In this document: positions 17,998-27,572 of the stretch, in pieces | Layout of the letters: each line of letters begins with the position of its first letter | How positions within the stretch are numbered: position 1 is the first letter of the stretch | Origin: Candidatus Eiseniibacteriota bacterium | Lineage (GTDB): Bacteria > Eisenbacteria > RBG-16-71-46 | Length of the DNA: 50,657 nt | Direction: 5' to 3' | Assembly (NCBI GenBank): GCA_023249845.1 | Contig: JAHFBW010000002.1 | Span: 1-50,657 of the forward strand | Translations under genes and position numbers: made by a program | Notes under the pieces: model-generated | What the model saw: the letters and a program-made list of their open reading frames with translations, nothing else | Told to the model about the DNA's origin: nothing | Databases searched by the model: none

Positions 17998-19395
17998 ATG
18001 AAGGTCAGGGACGTGTTAACCCTCGACGTCGCGGACGTGGCGCTGGGCGGCAAGGCGCTGGCTCGGGTCGAGGGACAGGTGGTGTTCGTGGACCGCGGGC
18101 TCCCCGGCGACCGCGTGACGGCTCTCGTCACCAAGGCCAACCGGCGTTTCGCCGAGGCCCGCTTCACCGGGCTCAAGACCGCTGCCGCCGGACGCGTCGC
18201 CGCACGCTGCGCGCACGTGGACCAGTGCGGCGGCTGCCGGTTCCAGGAGCTGCCCTACGCCGAGCAGGCAGCGTTGAAGCAGCGCCAGGTCCGCGAAGCG
18301 CTGCAGCATCTGGGAGGGTTCGCCGACCCCCCGGTGAGCGAGATCGTGCCCGCGCCCTCGCCGTGGCACTACCGGAACAAGATGGAATTCTCGTTCGCGC
18401 CGGTCCCCGGCACGTCGGCCGAGGCCGGACGCGAGTCGGCCGTGCTCGGACTGCACGAGCGCGGCACGTACGACCGCGTGTTCGCCCTGCGCGAGTGCTG
18501 GCTGCCGTCACCGCTCACGGTGGAGATCGTGCGCTTCACGCAGGAGTTCGCGCGCGCGCACGGCTGGCGCGCGTACCACCCGTCGCGCCATGACGGCGTC
18601 GCGCGATTCTTGACCATACGCCACCTGCCGCACACGGCGAGCTGCGCCGTGCACCTGGTGGCCGCGTCCGAGTCGCTCGCTGGCCTCGACGCGTGGGCGC
18701 GGGGCGTTGCGGCGCTGTCGCCCGAGGTGCGCACGATCACGCTGGGCCTGAATCGCGGCCGCGCGCACGTGGCGTTCGCCGAGGAGGAGCGCCCGCTCGT
18801 GGGCGACGGCGTGATCGTGGAGCGGCTCCTCGGCCTCGAGTTCGAAGTGGTGGGTAACGCGTTCCTGCAGACCAACAGCGCCCAAGCCGAGCAGCTCTAC
18901 GAGGGCGCGCTCGCCGCGGCCCGGCTGACGGGCGGCGAGAGCGTGCTGGACCTCTATTCCGGCGCGGGCACGCTGACGCTCGTGTTCGCGCGCGCCGCAG
19001 CGCACGTGGTGGGCGTCGAGAGCGTGGCAGACTCGGTCGAGCGCGCACGCCGGAACGCCACGCGCAACGGCCTCGCGAATGCGCGCTTCGAGTTGGGCGA
19101 ATCGCGCGCCGTGCTGCGCGAATGGGCGCGGGGCGAGCGCGCAGGCGTGTTCCGGCCGGATGTGGTCGTGGTGGATCCGCCGCGCGCCGGGCTCCACCCG
19201 CGCGTCGTGGCGCGCGTGGCCGAGCTCGAACCCTCGCGCATCGTCTATGTGTCGTGCAACCCCGCGACGCTGGCGCGCGATCTCAAGGATTTCGCGGCAC
19301 GGGGCTGGCGGCCCGCCGAGGTGAAGCCCTACGACATGTTCCCGCACACGCCGCACATCGAATGCGTCACGCGGCTCGAGCGCGCGAACACTTGA
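17998..19395 (+). CDS. rlmD: 23S rRNA (uracil-C5)-methyltransferase RlmD
   Basis: TRAM domain, CGGC Fe-S motif, and YRNKMEF, FLQTN, LDLYSGAG, DPPRAG, YVSCNPATLARD and DMFPHTPHIE motifs. Confidence 0.93.
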   Translation: MKVRDVLTLDVADVALGGKALARVEGQVVFVDRGLPGDRVTALVTKANRRFAEARFTGLKTAAAGRVAARCAHVDQCGGCRFQELPYAEQAALKQRQVREALQHLGGFADPPVSEIVPAPSPWHYRNKMEFSFAPVPGTSAEAGRESAVLGLHERGTYDRVFALRECWLPSPLTVEIVRFTQEFARAHGWRAYHPSRHDGVARFLTIRHLPHTASCAVHLVAASESLAGLDAWARGVAALSPEVRTITLGLNRGRAHVAFAEEERPLVGDGVIVERLLGLEFEVVGNAFLQTNSAQAEQLYEGALAAARLTGGESVLDLYSGAGTLTLVFARAAAHVVGVESVADSVERARRNATRNGLANARFELGESRAVLREWARGERAGVFRPDVVVVDPPRAGLHPRVVARVAELEPSRIVYVSCNPATLARDLKDFAARGWRPAEVKPYDMFPHTPHIECVTRLERANT

Positions 19396-19460
19396 TTCGC
19401 GGTGTATTCCTGACAAACCTCTGCGGGACGCCGCGCGCGCGCGTGATACGCTTTGCGGTC

Positions 19461-20210
19461 ATGCGTACGCCCCTGCTATTCGTCGCCGCCCTGGCGCTCG
19501 TGGCCTTCCCGGTCCACGCCCAAGAGACTGTCGCGGCCGACTCGGGCCGGTTCATCGTGTTCCAGGGCTCGGTTCCCGTGGCGCACGAGAACTTCGCGTT
19601 CCAGTGGATGGGCGACTCGCTGTTGATCACCGCGCTCTGCCAACGAACTCTCCTCGACGAGCAGGGGGGGCGCCACCCGTTCCGGAAGAGTCTCTCGATG
19701 GTGGTGGACTCCCGCGACCTGGGCCTGACGCGCTACACGTCGGTTCAGGAGTTCCAGGGCCACACGTTGACGCGCGGACTCGTGCCGGGTGATACGTCGA
19801 TCACGTATTTCGGGGAGCTGGACGGCGGCGGCAATGCGATGCGTCTCGCGCAACCCCCGGGCCGGCTCTACGTCATGGACAGCCAGTTGTTCTCGCTGTT
19901 CGAAGTGCTATGCCGGAGCCTGGCGCCCAAGACGTTCGCGATGCGGCGCGTGCAGCTCCTGGCACTCTCGGACTCCATGACCACGCCGCTCGCAACGGTC
20001 ACGCTCCGCAAGCCGGACACGCTGCGCGTGGGCAGCCGTCGCGTGCCGACCAAGCACTACACGTTCGCGGATGAGAGCGTGAGCTTCGAGCTGTGGGCGG
20101 ACGATCGCGGGCGCATGATGCGGCTCACGCACGACGAGAGCGAACTGCACGTCGAGCGCGAGCCCGACGCGCCAACGCCCGTTCGCCGACGCGCGCGCGG
20201 CGCGCGCTAA
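19461..20210 (+). CDS. Hypothetical secreted beta-rich protein
   Basis: Signal peptide (VHA cleavage site), coding-like codon usage and a C-terminal ELWADDRGRMMR strand-turn pattern. Confidence 0.7.
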   Translation: MRTPLLFVAALALVAFPVHAQETVAADSGRFIVFQGSVPVAHENFAFQWMGDSLLITALCQRTLLDEQGGRHPFRKSLSMVVDSRDLGLTRYTSVQEFQGHTLTRGLVPGDTSITYFGELDGGGNAMRLAQPPGRLYVMDSQLFSLFEVLCRSLAPKTFAMRRVQLLALSDSMTTPLATVTLRKPDTLRVGSRRVPTKHYTFADESVSFELWADDRGRMMRLTHDESELHVEREPDAPTPVRRRARGAR

Positions 20211-21703
20211 CGCGCCGCCGTCGCCCGCCGCTCCAGCCAGCGCACGAGCAGCCGCACGCCGAACGCGTTTGGACCCCGCGAGCAATCGGGGCGATCGCCG
20301 TAGTTCCACGCCGTGCTCGCGATGTCGAGGTGCGCCCACGGCAAGGTGCCCGCGAAGTGCGCCAAGAACGCCGCCGCGGTGCACGAGGCGCCCTCGCGCC
20401 GTTCGTTCGAGTTCACCAGATCGGCGGTGTCGCTGCGCATCTCGGCCAGGAAGTCGGACCACAGCGGCATGCGCCACAGCCGCTCGCCGGTCTCCTCGCC
20501 GGCGCGGTGAAGTTCTGCGGCGAGCGTCTCGTCGCGCGTGAACAGCCCCGCCGCCTGCCGGCCGAGCGCGATCGAGATGGCGCCGGTGAGCGTGGCCAAG
20601 TCCACCACCGCGTCGGGCTTCCAGCGCCGCGCGTATACGAGCGCGTCCGCGAGTAACAGGCGGCCCTCGGCATCGGTGTTCGTGACTTCGATCGTCGTGC
20701 CGTCCATCGCCCGCACGACATCGCCGGGCTTGATCGCCCGGCCACCGGTGACGTTCTCGGCGCTCGGAATCAAGCCCACGAGCCGGAACGGCAGCTCGAG
20801 TGCGTCGAGCGAGGCGAAGAGCCCGATCACGGCCGCGGCGCCGCTCATGTCGTACTTCATCTTGCTCATGCCCTCGCGTGGCTTGAGCGAGACACCGCCG
20901 GTGTCGAACGTGACGCCCTTCCCGATCACGACCACCGTGGGCACGCGCGCCTGCTTCTTCGCCACGCTCGCCTCGCGCACGAGCTCGATGAACCGCGGCG
21001 GATGCGGGCTCCCGCGCCCGACGGCGAGCACGCAACCCATGCCGAGCCGTTCCATCGCGGCCACGTCGTATACCGTGGCCTTGGCGCGGACGCGTCTGGC
21101 GATCTCTCGCGCGCGCTCGGCAAGCGCTGCCGGCGGCAGGTCCTGGCCCGGCGTGTTCGCGAGTTCGCGCGCCAAGCCCACCGCCTCGCCACGCGTCACA
21201 CCCGCCGCGAGCGCCTCGCGCGCGGCGGCGCCCGGCGGTCGCGGGGCAAGCAGAAGAGCGCGCTTGAGTGCGGCCTTGCCGCCGTTCGAGAGGTACGCGG
21301 TGTGGCGCTGGTGACCGAGCACCAGGCCTTCTCCGATCGCCCGCCAGGAATCGTCGCTCGGAACCGGCAGCGCCAGGGCGAGTGTTCCGGCGCCCAGTTC
21401 GCGCGCACGACGCGCCGCGGTGGCCGCGGCGAGGTAGAGCGCACGGTCGTCCGCATTGTGCCCGGCACCGAGCCCGATCACGAGCACGCGTTTCGCGCGC
21501 ACGCCGTTCGGGTAGAGCAGCGCCGTCTCGCCGCTCTTCCCGGTGAAGTCGCCGGCGGCGCGCAGTGCCTTCAACGCGCCGCGCGTGGCCGCATCGAGCC
21601 GCGCGGCGGGACTGCCGCGCTGCGCTTCGCCCTCGGCGACGCCGACAGCCAGCAATCCCACGGGGCGCGTCGCGAGCGATGCGGCGCTCAGGGAACAGTT
21701 CAT
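20207..21703 (-). CDS. pepA: Leucyl aminopeptidase (M17)
   Basis: Motifs GKGVTFDTGG, MKYDMSGAA, NTDAEGRL, DLATLTGA and WAHLDIA, with a GGAGGT RBS. Confidence 0.93.
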   Translation of the reverse strand: MNCSLSAASLATRPVGLLAVGVAEGEAQRGSPAARLDAATRGALKALRAAGDFTGKSGETALLYPNGVRAKRVLVIGLGAGHNADDRALYLAAATAARRARELGAGTLALALPVPSDDSWRAIGEGLVLGHQRHTAYLSNGGKAALKRALLLAPRPPGAAAREALAAGVTRGEAVGLARELANTPGQDLPPAALAERAREIARRVRAKATVYDVAAMERLGMGCVLAVGRGSPHPPRFIELVREASVAKKQARVPTVVVIGKGVTFDTGGVSLKPREGMSKMKYDMSGAAAVIGLFASLDALELPFRLVGLIPSAENVTGGRAIKPGDVVRAMDGTTIEVTNTDAEGRLLLADALVYARRWKPDAVVDLATLTGAISIALGRQAAGLFTRDETLAAELHRAGEETGERLWRMPLWSDFLAEMRSDTADLVNSNERREGASCTAAAFLAHFAGTLPWAHLDIASTAWNYGDRPDCSRGPNAFGVRLLVRWLERRATAAR

Positions 21704-22036
21704 TTCGGCGACCTCCACCGGAGTGCGAGTTCGTGACGAAATCATGACCGGGAACCGAGATCAATTCGCATCGCGTGGACCTGCAATGCGAACCGCCTGC
21801 GCTCGCTGGACTTCCACGCGCGGGCCGCGACGAGAGCACTATCAGACGTGTCGAGTGAGGCCAACCCAGCGGCCCGGAGTTTGCACTCGAGCGCGCCGGC
21901 GGGGTTGCGCATCATCGATTCGGCGGGCATTCTGTGCCAGCCATTCCGCAGGATTCGCGGATCGCAGCCGTGCTCCCCCCACTCCGTATCGCCCCCAGCC
22001 CCGGCATGGAAGCCGGGTCCGCATGGAGGACTTCTC

Positions 22037-22813
22037 ATGATCAGCCGTCGCGCCTCTACTTCTCTGCTTGCTCTCCTCGCTGTCGCGTTCCTCGCGGGTT
22101 GCGGCCAGAAACCAGCCGACCAGACGGCGGGGACGGCCAGCAGCGACAGCCTGCTGGCTTCGAGCCCCATCGAGCCTGCCCCGGGCCAACTGCAGCCGCA
22201 GACCGACTTCCAGCCGCAGACCACGCCGCCGGCCACCACGCCCACGCCGGCGCCCAAGACCGAGAAGCCGCCCGCGCCCAAGCCGACGCCGGCGCCCGCT
22301 CCCACCGCAACGGTCGCGGCCGGGACGGGACTCAAGGTCACCATGACGTCCGCGCTCACGTCGGAGTCCGCGTCGGTGGGACAGGAGTGGACCGGCGCGA
22401 TCGCCGAAGCCGTGGTCGTGGGCAAGATGGCGCCGTTCCCCGCCGGCAGCACCGTGCATGGCGTGGTGGAGGGCGTGAAGCCGGCGGCCAAGGGCGACCG
22501 TGCGGTGCTCGTGCTGCGCGTCACGTCCATCGAGGCGAACGGCAAGACACAGAACATCAGCGCCACGGCGGACAGCCTTATCGCCGGCTCGACCCGCGCG
22601 CGCAACGTTGGCGCGGTGGCGGGTGGCGCGGCGGCGGGCGCCTTGATCGGCCGCGCCGTCGGCGGCTCGGGCAAGGGCGCGCTGATCGGCGGCATCCTGG
22701 GCGGCGCGGCCGCCACGGGGGCGGTGGCGTCGAGCAAGGGCTATCAGGTCACCGTGAAGGAAGGGGCCGAGCTGGTGTTCACGGTGGATCGCGACACCAA
22801 GCTCAAGCTGTAA
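22037..22813 (+). CDS. Lipoprotein with Pro-rich linker, TrbI/VirB10-like beta domain and glycine zipper
   Basis: Lipobox LAGC, a VAAGT.LKV..PAGSTVHG.V pattern and a GAAAGALIG..GALIGG glycine zipper. RBS GGAGG. Confidence 0.75.
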   Translation: MISRRASTSLLALLAVAFLAGCGQKPADQTAGTASSDSLLASSPIEPAPGQLQPQTDFQPQTTPPATTPTPAPKTEKPPAPKPTPAPAPTATVAAGTGLKVTMTSALTSESASVGQEWTGAIAEAVVVGKMAPFPAGSTVHGVVEGVKPAAKGDRAVLVLRVTSIEANGKTQNISATADSLIAGSTRARNVGAVAGGAAAGALIGRAVGGSGKGALIGGILGGAAATGAVASSKGYQVTVKEGAELVFTVDRDTKLKL

Positions 22814-22838
22814 CCGACCCGAGAACTCGCAGCGCACA

Positions 22839-22870
22839 CGCGGCGCGGCCCTGAACGGGGTCGCGCCGCG
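22839..22870 (+). terminator. Hairpin after the 22037 gene, possible terminator
   Basis: CGCGGCGCGGCCCT-GAAC-GGGGTCGCGCCGCG stem-loop, but with no U-tract. Confidence 0.4.
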
Positions 22871-23014
22871 GCGCATTCGGCCCGGCGCCGCCAGCGATCC
22901 CGATTGTCCCCATGGGTTCCCGCGTTCTCCGGGGGATGTCCGGTGCGGTACACGCGGCGCCCGCGCGGTGCACAGCCGGTGTTGCGGCGCAACGGATTAG
23001 GCTTGTGCAAGCGA

Positions 23015-23030
23015 TGGCACGCGTGGTGCA
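23015..23030 (+). promoter_or_regulatory. Putative sigma54 promoter with upstream IHF-like core
   Basis: TGGCACGCGTGGTGCA fits GG-N10-GC. A CAA-N4-TTA core lies at 22990-22999. Confidence 0.6.
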
Positions 23031-23115
23031 GTCCTGAAGCGCCGTGAGCACCCGCTCCCTGCCCTGGAGGCTCGCTCGCGGTCACTCTCGCGGCCGCATC
23101 GATGGAGGTCCCGCT

Positions 23116-24030
23116 ATGTCGCATCATCGTTGGCTCGGCATCCTTGCCCTCGGCGCGCTTGCACTCGCCGGCTGCGGCAAGACCAGTTCACTTGAGTCCC
23201 CCGCCGCCTCAGGCCCTGCGACCGGGTCCGACGAAGCAGCGGTGGCGCAAGTCGTCCAATCCAACCCCGACTTCGTGAGTGAGCCGGTATGGCAGGACCA
23301 GACGCCCACGACCGTGGAGGGCGACGCCCAGGGCTTCGCGGCCATCCGTCCGCTGCGCTTCTGGCGAGAGATCACGCAGATCGAGAGCGACATCCACACC
23401 GAGTTCGGCAACCCGGACCCGAACGGCCGCCCGACGCTCGCGCTGGTCACCGTCAGGCGCCACCTGCACGGCTCGTTCAACATCGTGGCCGGCGAAGTGC
23501 CCGTGGGGGACACGTCGCGCGTGCTCGTGCGCAAGCCGCTCGACGATCTGTGGACGCGAAAAGTGGCGCTCGTGCGCATGCCGGCCCCTGACGACACGGG
23601 GCTCACGCGCTGGCACCTTGCAGGAACCTCCGGCGTGGACGTGCGCACGCGAGCCGGCCAGACACGTGTGCTGAGTCTGCGCATCGAGGCCGCCGACATG
23701 GACACCACGATCACCGACCCGCTCGAGCTGCACCGCCTGCGTCACATCCTGAGATTCGTGCCGGCCACCGAGGTGCGGCTCACCGCCACCACGGCTGACC
23801 CCAGTGACGTGGTGTTGTTCTACGGAAATGACCTGCGCCGCCGTTTCAAGAACAATGGCGGCGGGACGCATTCGTTCGTATTCCCCGTCAGCACGTTCCC
23901 GGGCCTGCGCCACTTCGGTGTGGACGCGCTCTCGCACGACACGCTGTTCGATGACGCGTTGCCGTACGACTCGAACGCGTGGATCTTCGCCTACGCGGTG
24001 ATCCCGATCCGATTGCCCGCGGGAAACTGA
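23116..24030 (+). CDS. Hypothetical lipoprotein
   Basis: GGAGG RBS, lipobox LAGC and a beta-rich body. Confidence 0.75.
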   Translation: MSHHRWLGILALGALALAGCGKTSSLESPAASGPATGSDEAAVAQVVQSNPDFVSEPVWQDQTPTTVEGDAQGFAAIRPLRFWREITQIESDIHTEFGNPDPNGRPTLALVTVRRHLHGSFNIVAGEVPVGDTSRVLVRKPLDDLWTRKVALVRMPAPDDTGLTRWHLAGTSGVDVRTRAGQTRVLSLRIEAADMDTTITDPLELHRLRHILRFVPATEVRLTATTADPSDVVLFYGNDLRRRFKNNGGGTHSFVFPVSTFPGLRHFGVDALSHDTLFDDALPYDSNAWIFAYAVIPIRLPAGN

Positions 24031-24052
24031 CCCAGCTCGACACGACAGGCGA

Positions 24053-24080
24053 ACGGCCCGCTCCACTCGGAGCGGGCCGT
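24053..24080. terminator. Hairpin between convergent genes
   Basis: Perfect 12-bp stem ACGGCCCGCTCC-ACTC-GGAGCGGGCCGT. Confidence 0.55.
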
Positions 24081-24127
24081 CGTGTCTTGCGTCCCGCGAG
24101 GATACTCGCCGCGGCGAGGCACCGGCG

Positions 24128-24796
24128 TCAGTGCACCAGCGGCTTAGCGGCGCGAGCGCCCCACAGTTCGGCGAGCCGGCGATCGCGACCGCAGCCCAGC
24201 CGATAGCTGCGATAGCGGATCGGATCCTTCTTCCAGAAGTCCTGGTGATAGCCCTCGGCGGGCCAGAACGCCCCCGCGGCAACGATCTCGGTCACGATCG
24301 GCTGCTTGAGGACGTTCGACGCCTCGATCACGCGGCGGCTCTCCTCGGCCAGGCGCTTCTGGCGCTCGTCGTGGAAGAACACCACCGACCGATACTGGCG
24401 GCCGTGGTCGCAGAACTGGCCGTCGCCCTGCGTCGGATCGATGCCGTGCCAGAACAGGTCGAGCAGCTTCTCGTACGAGGTGACGGTGGGATCGAACGTG
24501 ATCTGGATGGATTCATAGTGCCCGGTGACGCCCGCGCTCACCTGTTCGTACGTGGGGCGCTGCTCGGGGCCGCCGGTGTATCCGGAGATCACGCTCTTGA
24601 CGCCGGGCTGCTGTTCGAACTGCGTCTCGCCGCACCAGAAACAGCCCATCGCGAACGTCGCAAGCTCGGTGCGCGCGGCCGCGGCGGGACGCGCGGGCGT
24701 GGTGGGCTTGGGCGTCACTGCCGTGGCGGTCGAGAGGCTGAGCGCTAGCGCCAGCAGTGCCAGAGATGGCGACAGGGCTCGACGAGCATGCGTCAT
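24128..24796 (-). CDS. msrA: Peptide-methionine (S)-S-oxide reductase with signal peptide
   Basis: Motifs GCFWC, SGYTGG, TGHYE, GQFCD.G.QYRS and AEGYHQDF, with a GGAGG RBS. Confidence 0.93.
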   Translation of the reverse strand: MTHARRALSPSLALLALALSLSTATAVTPKPTTPARPAAAARTELATFAMGCFWCGETQFEQQPGVKSVISGYTGGPEQRPTYEQVSAGVTGHYESIQITFDPTVTSYEKLLDLFWHGIDPTQGDGQFCDHGRQYRSVVFFHDERQKRLAEESRRVIEASNVLKQPIVTEIVAAGAFWPAEGYHQDFWKKDPIRYRSYRLGCGRDRRLAELWGARAAKPLVH

Positions 24797-24960
24797 GGTG
24801 GTCCTCCGGAGAGTTCTGCCCCGGACCATTCATGGGCGGCCGGTTTTCGCAGGCCCTGCGCTCATGAATCGCCGGGGGTTTGCGGGCGCGAGTGAGTTGG
24901 ACGTAGAACGCGCGAGGCTCGGTCGCGTGACTCCTGGTGCGGTCAGGCCCCTGTCAGTTC

Positions 24961-25142
24961 TAGCCCGGACTATTCGTGAGCCCGTGGCCTGCGAGGGACG
25001 GCTGCCCATGAATCGCTGCGTTGAAGGCTTGGCCCGCTTCTGCGACGTGTCGCCGACAGGACTCCGTCGCGGGCCAAGCCTTCGCCTCGCGCTTCACGAG
25101 CATCCGTCCCTCTCGGCTCACGGTTCATGAATAGCCGGGCTA
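24961..25142 (-). mobile_element. Family A MITE-like repeat, copy 2 (inverted)
   Basis: The reverse complement aligns end to end with 13412-13594. CTAG is present at both ends. Confidence 0.85.
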
Positions 25143-25673
25143 GGGCTCGGCTTCGTCGGCAGGCGGCGAGGAGCCGCGGCGCGTGAAGATCTCGGCCCAC
25201 TCTGCGAGCTCCTTCTTAGAGAGCTGGACGGGCTTGTCGGAAGCTTCGTCGCCAGTCCCCTCGCCCGATTCGCGCCCGATGTCGCCGAGCGCCGAGGCCA
25301 GGAACAAGTCGGCCAGCGACACGTCCGCGCCCTCCGCGCGCGCGTGACGGGCCACCTCGATGTCGGCGGTGACGACGGTGAGGCGCTCGTCGCCGCCTAC
25401 CCGCTGCTCGACGATTCGGCGGATGACGTCATCGGCCTTTTCCGGGAGTTTGGACCAGCGCACCTGGACGCGGCCCGTGAGCTCGTCGCGCCCGGACCCC
25501 TCGGCGCCGTCGAACACGATGATGAAGCGCGCGTCGTTGCCGCCCATCATCCATGACAGCAGGCTCACGAGCATGGCCCGAGATTCCTCGAGCGAGCGCC
25601 CCGGCCCCGGCCGGAGCCGCGGCGAGCGCAGGATCAGGTTGTACCCATCCACGATGACGAGCCGGGATTCCAT
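25140..25673 (-). CDS. NYN domain protein (YacP/Rae1-like)
   Basis: Motifs IVDGYNL, IVFDG, ADDVI and VVTAD. Confidence 0.85.
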   Translation of the reverse strand: MESRLVIVDGYNLILRSPRLRPGPGRSLEESRAMLVSLLSWMMGGNDARFIIVFDGAEGSGRDELTGRVQVRWSKLPEKADDVIRRIVEQRVGGDERLTVVTADIEVARHARAEGADVSLADLFLASALGDIGRESGEGTGDEASDKPVQLSKKELAEWAEIFTRRGSSPPADEAEP

Positions 25674-25781
25674 CCCCGCATGGTCCGGCCCACGACGCCA
25701 GCCGTCAACGAGCGCGCAGCTGTCGAGGGCGTGGTCGCGCGGAGAGCTTGCACGAGGAGCGCCCGGTGCCAACTCGGCCGA

Positions 25782-25930
25782 GGGCGTGGTCGCGTGGGGA
25801 TCTCGCACAGGGGGCGCCTGGACGTGGGCGGGAGGCAGGAAGCCGGAGCCCACGGCCAGACGAGCGAGGAGCGGCCAGGGATGGCCGCGACGAGCGTTCC
25901 CCTGTGCGAGATCCCCGCGCGACCACGCCC
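25782..25930. repeat. Palindromic element, family B, with ~32-bp inverted arms and an extra degenerate left arm at 25724-25766
   Basis: GGGCGTGGTCGCGTGGGGATCTCGCACAGGGG pairs with CCCCTGTGCGAGATCCCCGCGCGACCACGCCC (1 mismatch). Internal GCAGGAAGC and CCAGGGATGG mini-hairpins. Confidence 0.7.
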
Positions 25931-25977
25931 GACGAATCAGCAGGCGTCTGCGAACGGCCTGCAAGGGGAACCGAGGG

Positions 25978-27222
25978 CTAGATCCCGCCCTTCGCCGTAT
26001 GGATGATCCGCCCCGTCACGCCCACCGCCCAGCCGCGCAGGCCGTCCACGAACCAGACGTCGTTCAATGCCTGTGCCGTGTTCGAGATCTGCGGGCTCCA
26101 CGCCACGCCGCCGGTGAGCGTCTTGAGCACCAGCCCCGTGCCGTTCGTGCCCACCGCGTAGCCCACGTTTCCGTCCAGCATCTGGAGGCCACTCACGTGG
26201 TTCGTGGCGCCGAACGTGCCGAGCGTCCACGCGAGTGAATCCGGCGTCGCCGCGGCGACCGGGTTCACGCCCTGGAGGCCGCCCGCCCATGCCATCTCGT
26301 TCGACACGCGCCACACCGCGCGGATCGGCACGGCCGTGATCGCCGGCTGCACCAGGTACCAGCTCCGGCCGCCGTCGTGCGTGCCCGCGATGACGCCGCC
26401 TTCGCCCACCGCCCAGCCGTTCGTCGTGTCTGAGAACGACACGCTGTTGAGCTGGAACGCCGTCGGGTAGAGCTTCGTCCACGACTTGCCGCCGTCGCCC
26501 GTGCGAAGCGTCACCCCATTCGAGCCCACCGCCCAGCCGTGCGAGGTGTCCGCGAAGCACACGCCGTAGAAGTTCTCGCTCGCCGCCACGTTCGTGAGCC
26601 GCGCCCATGACCGCCCGGCGTTGCGCGTGCGCATGACGGTGCCGCCGTGGCCCACGGCGAAACCGGTCACGTCGGTCGTGAACCAGATGTCGTTCAGGTT
26701 GAACGCCGTGCTGGAGGGCTGTGCGCCCCAGGTGGCGCCCGCGTCATCCGTGTGCACGATCGTGCCCGCGTCGCCCACCGCCCAGCCGTCGCGACCGTTG
26801 GACTGGAAGAACACGCCATTCAGGTCGTTCGTCGTGCCGCTCGGCTGCGTGTACCAGCCCGGCTGCACGTACACCGCCACCGTTGCCGTGTCCGACTTGC
26901 CGCCGGCCGCGGCAATCAACAGTGCCACGCCCTCCCCCGTTGCGGTCACGTGCCCGGAGGTCGACACCGTGATTACGCGGGCGTCGCTCGAGGACCACGC
27001 GAAGCCGGCTCCCGCCACCACCACGCTGTCCGTGTCGCGCGCGACCGCCGTGAACAGCCGCTGCTGCCCCACGACGAGCGTGTCGGTGGTCGGCGTCACC
27101 GTGACCGACGAGAGTGGCGGGAGCGGCGGGCTCAGCGTGCTCGTGCCGCAGTCGCAACCGATGAAGCTCGCGATGGCGGCCAGGGCGATGACGGCGGCGA
27201 GCGACAGATGACGTCCACGCAT
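25978..27222 (-). CDS. Lipoprotein with Ig-like (Big_2) domain and YCF48-like beta-propeller repeats
   Basis: Lipobox-like FIGC, an Ig-like SVTVTP..WSSSD..V domain, and repeated GWAVG..G.I..T.DGG.SW units. Confidence 0.87.
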   Translation of the reverse strand: MRGRHLSLAAVIALAAIASFIGCDCGTSTLSPPLPPLSSVTVTPTTDTLVVGQQRLFTAVARDTDSVVVAGAGFAWSSSDARVITVSTSGHVTATGEGVALLIAAAGGKSDTATVAVYVQPGWYTQPSGTTNDLNGVFFQSNGRDGWAVGDAGTIVHTDDAGATWGAQPSSTAFNLNDIWFTTDVTGFAVGHGGTVMRTRNAGRSWARLTNVAASENFYGVCFADTSHGWAVGSNGVTLRTGDGGKSWTKLYPTAFQLNSVSFSDTTNGWAVGEGGVIAGTHDGGRSWYLVQPAITAVPIRAVWRVSNEMAWAGGLQGVNPVAAATPDSLAWTLGTFGATNHVSGLQMLDGNVGYAVGTNGTGLVLKTLTGGVAWSPQISNTAQALNDVWFVDGLRGWAVGVTGRIIHTAKGGI

Positions 27223-27572
27223 GTCGGGGTCCTCGGGATCGGGGCTGCCGTTCCACGCGGGAGCGGCCCGCGTGGCTACGGGCAGCTGCGCGGTCTCTCC
27301 GGCCGTTATCGGCCGAAGCGGGTCGCCGCATGACCCTGGCGTGGGCCATCCTAGCGCTGGCCCCGGTCCGCCCCAATCGCGGCGTCCTTGCCGTTCGTCG
27401 GGGCACGCTCATCTCTCGTGGGCTGATTGCCCCCACTGGGCCACGGGGGCCTTGTCCGCGTCACGCCCGCGGCCTAATGTCCAGGCTCGCGCCTCTCGCC
27501 CGCCCGCCTCTCGGGCGCGCCGCGCGCCGCCGGCGCCCCAACGCCGGGCGAGGCCCCCGCCCCGGAGACCGC

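Noticed and set aside
22037..22813. VirB10/TrbI-like domain suggesting a type IV secretion system
   Set aside because: No other T4SS or conjugation genes are nearby. It is a stand-alone lipoprotein.
25724..25930. Repeats of ~30-40 bp that might be a CRISPR array (also 33688-33868)
   Set aside because: There are only two direct copies plus one inverted copy, no unique spacer series and no cas genes.
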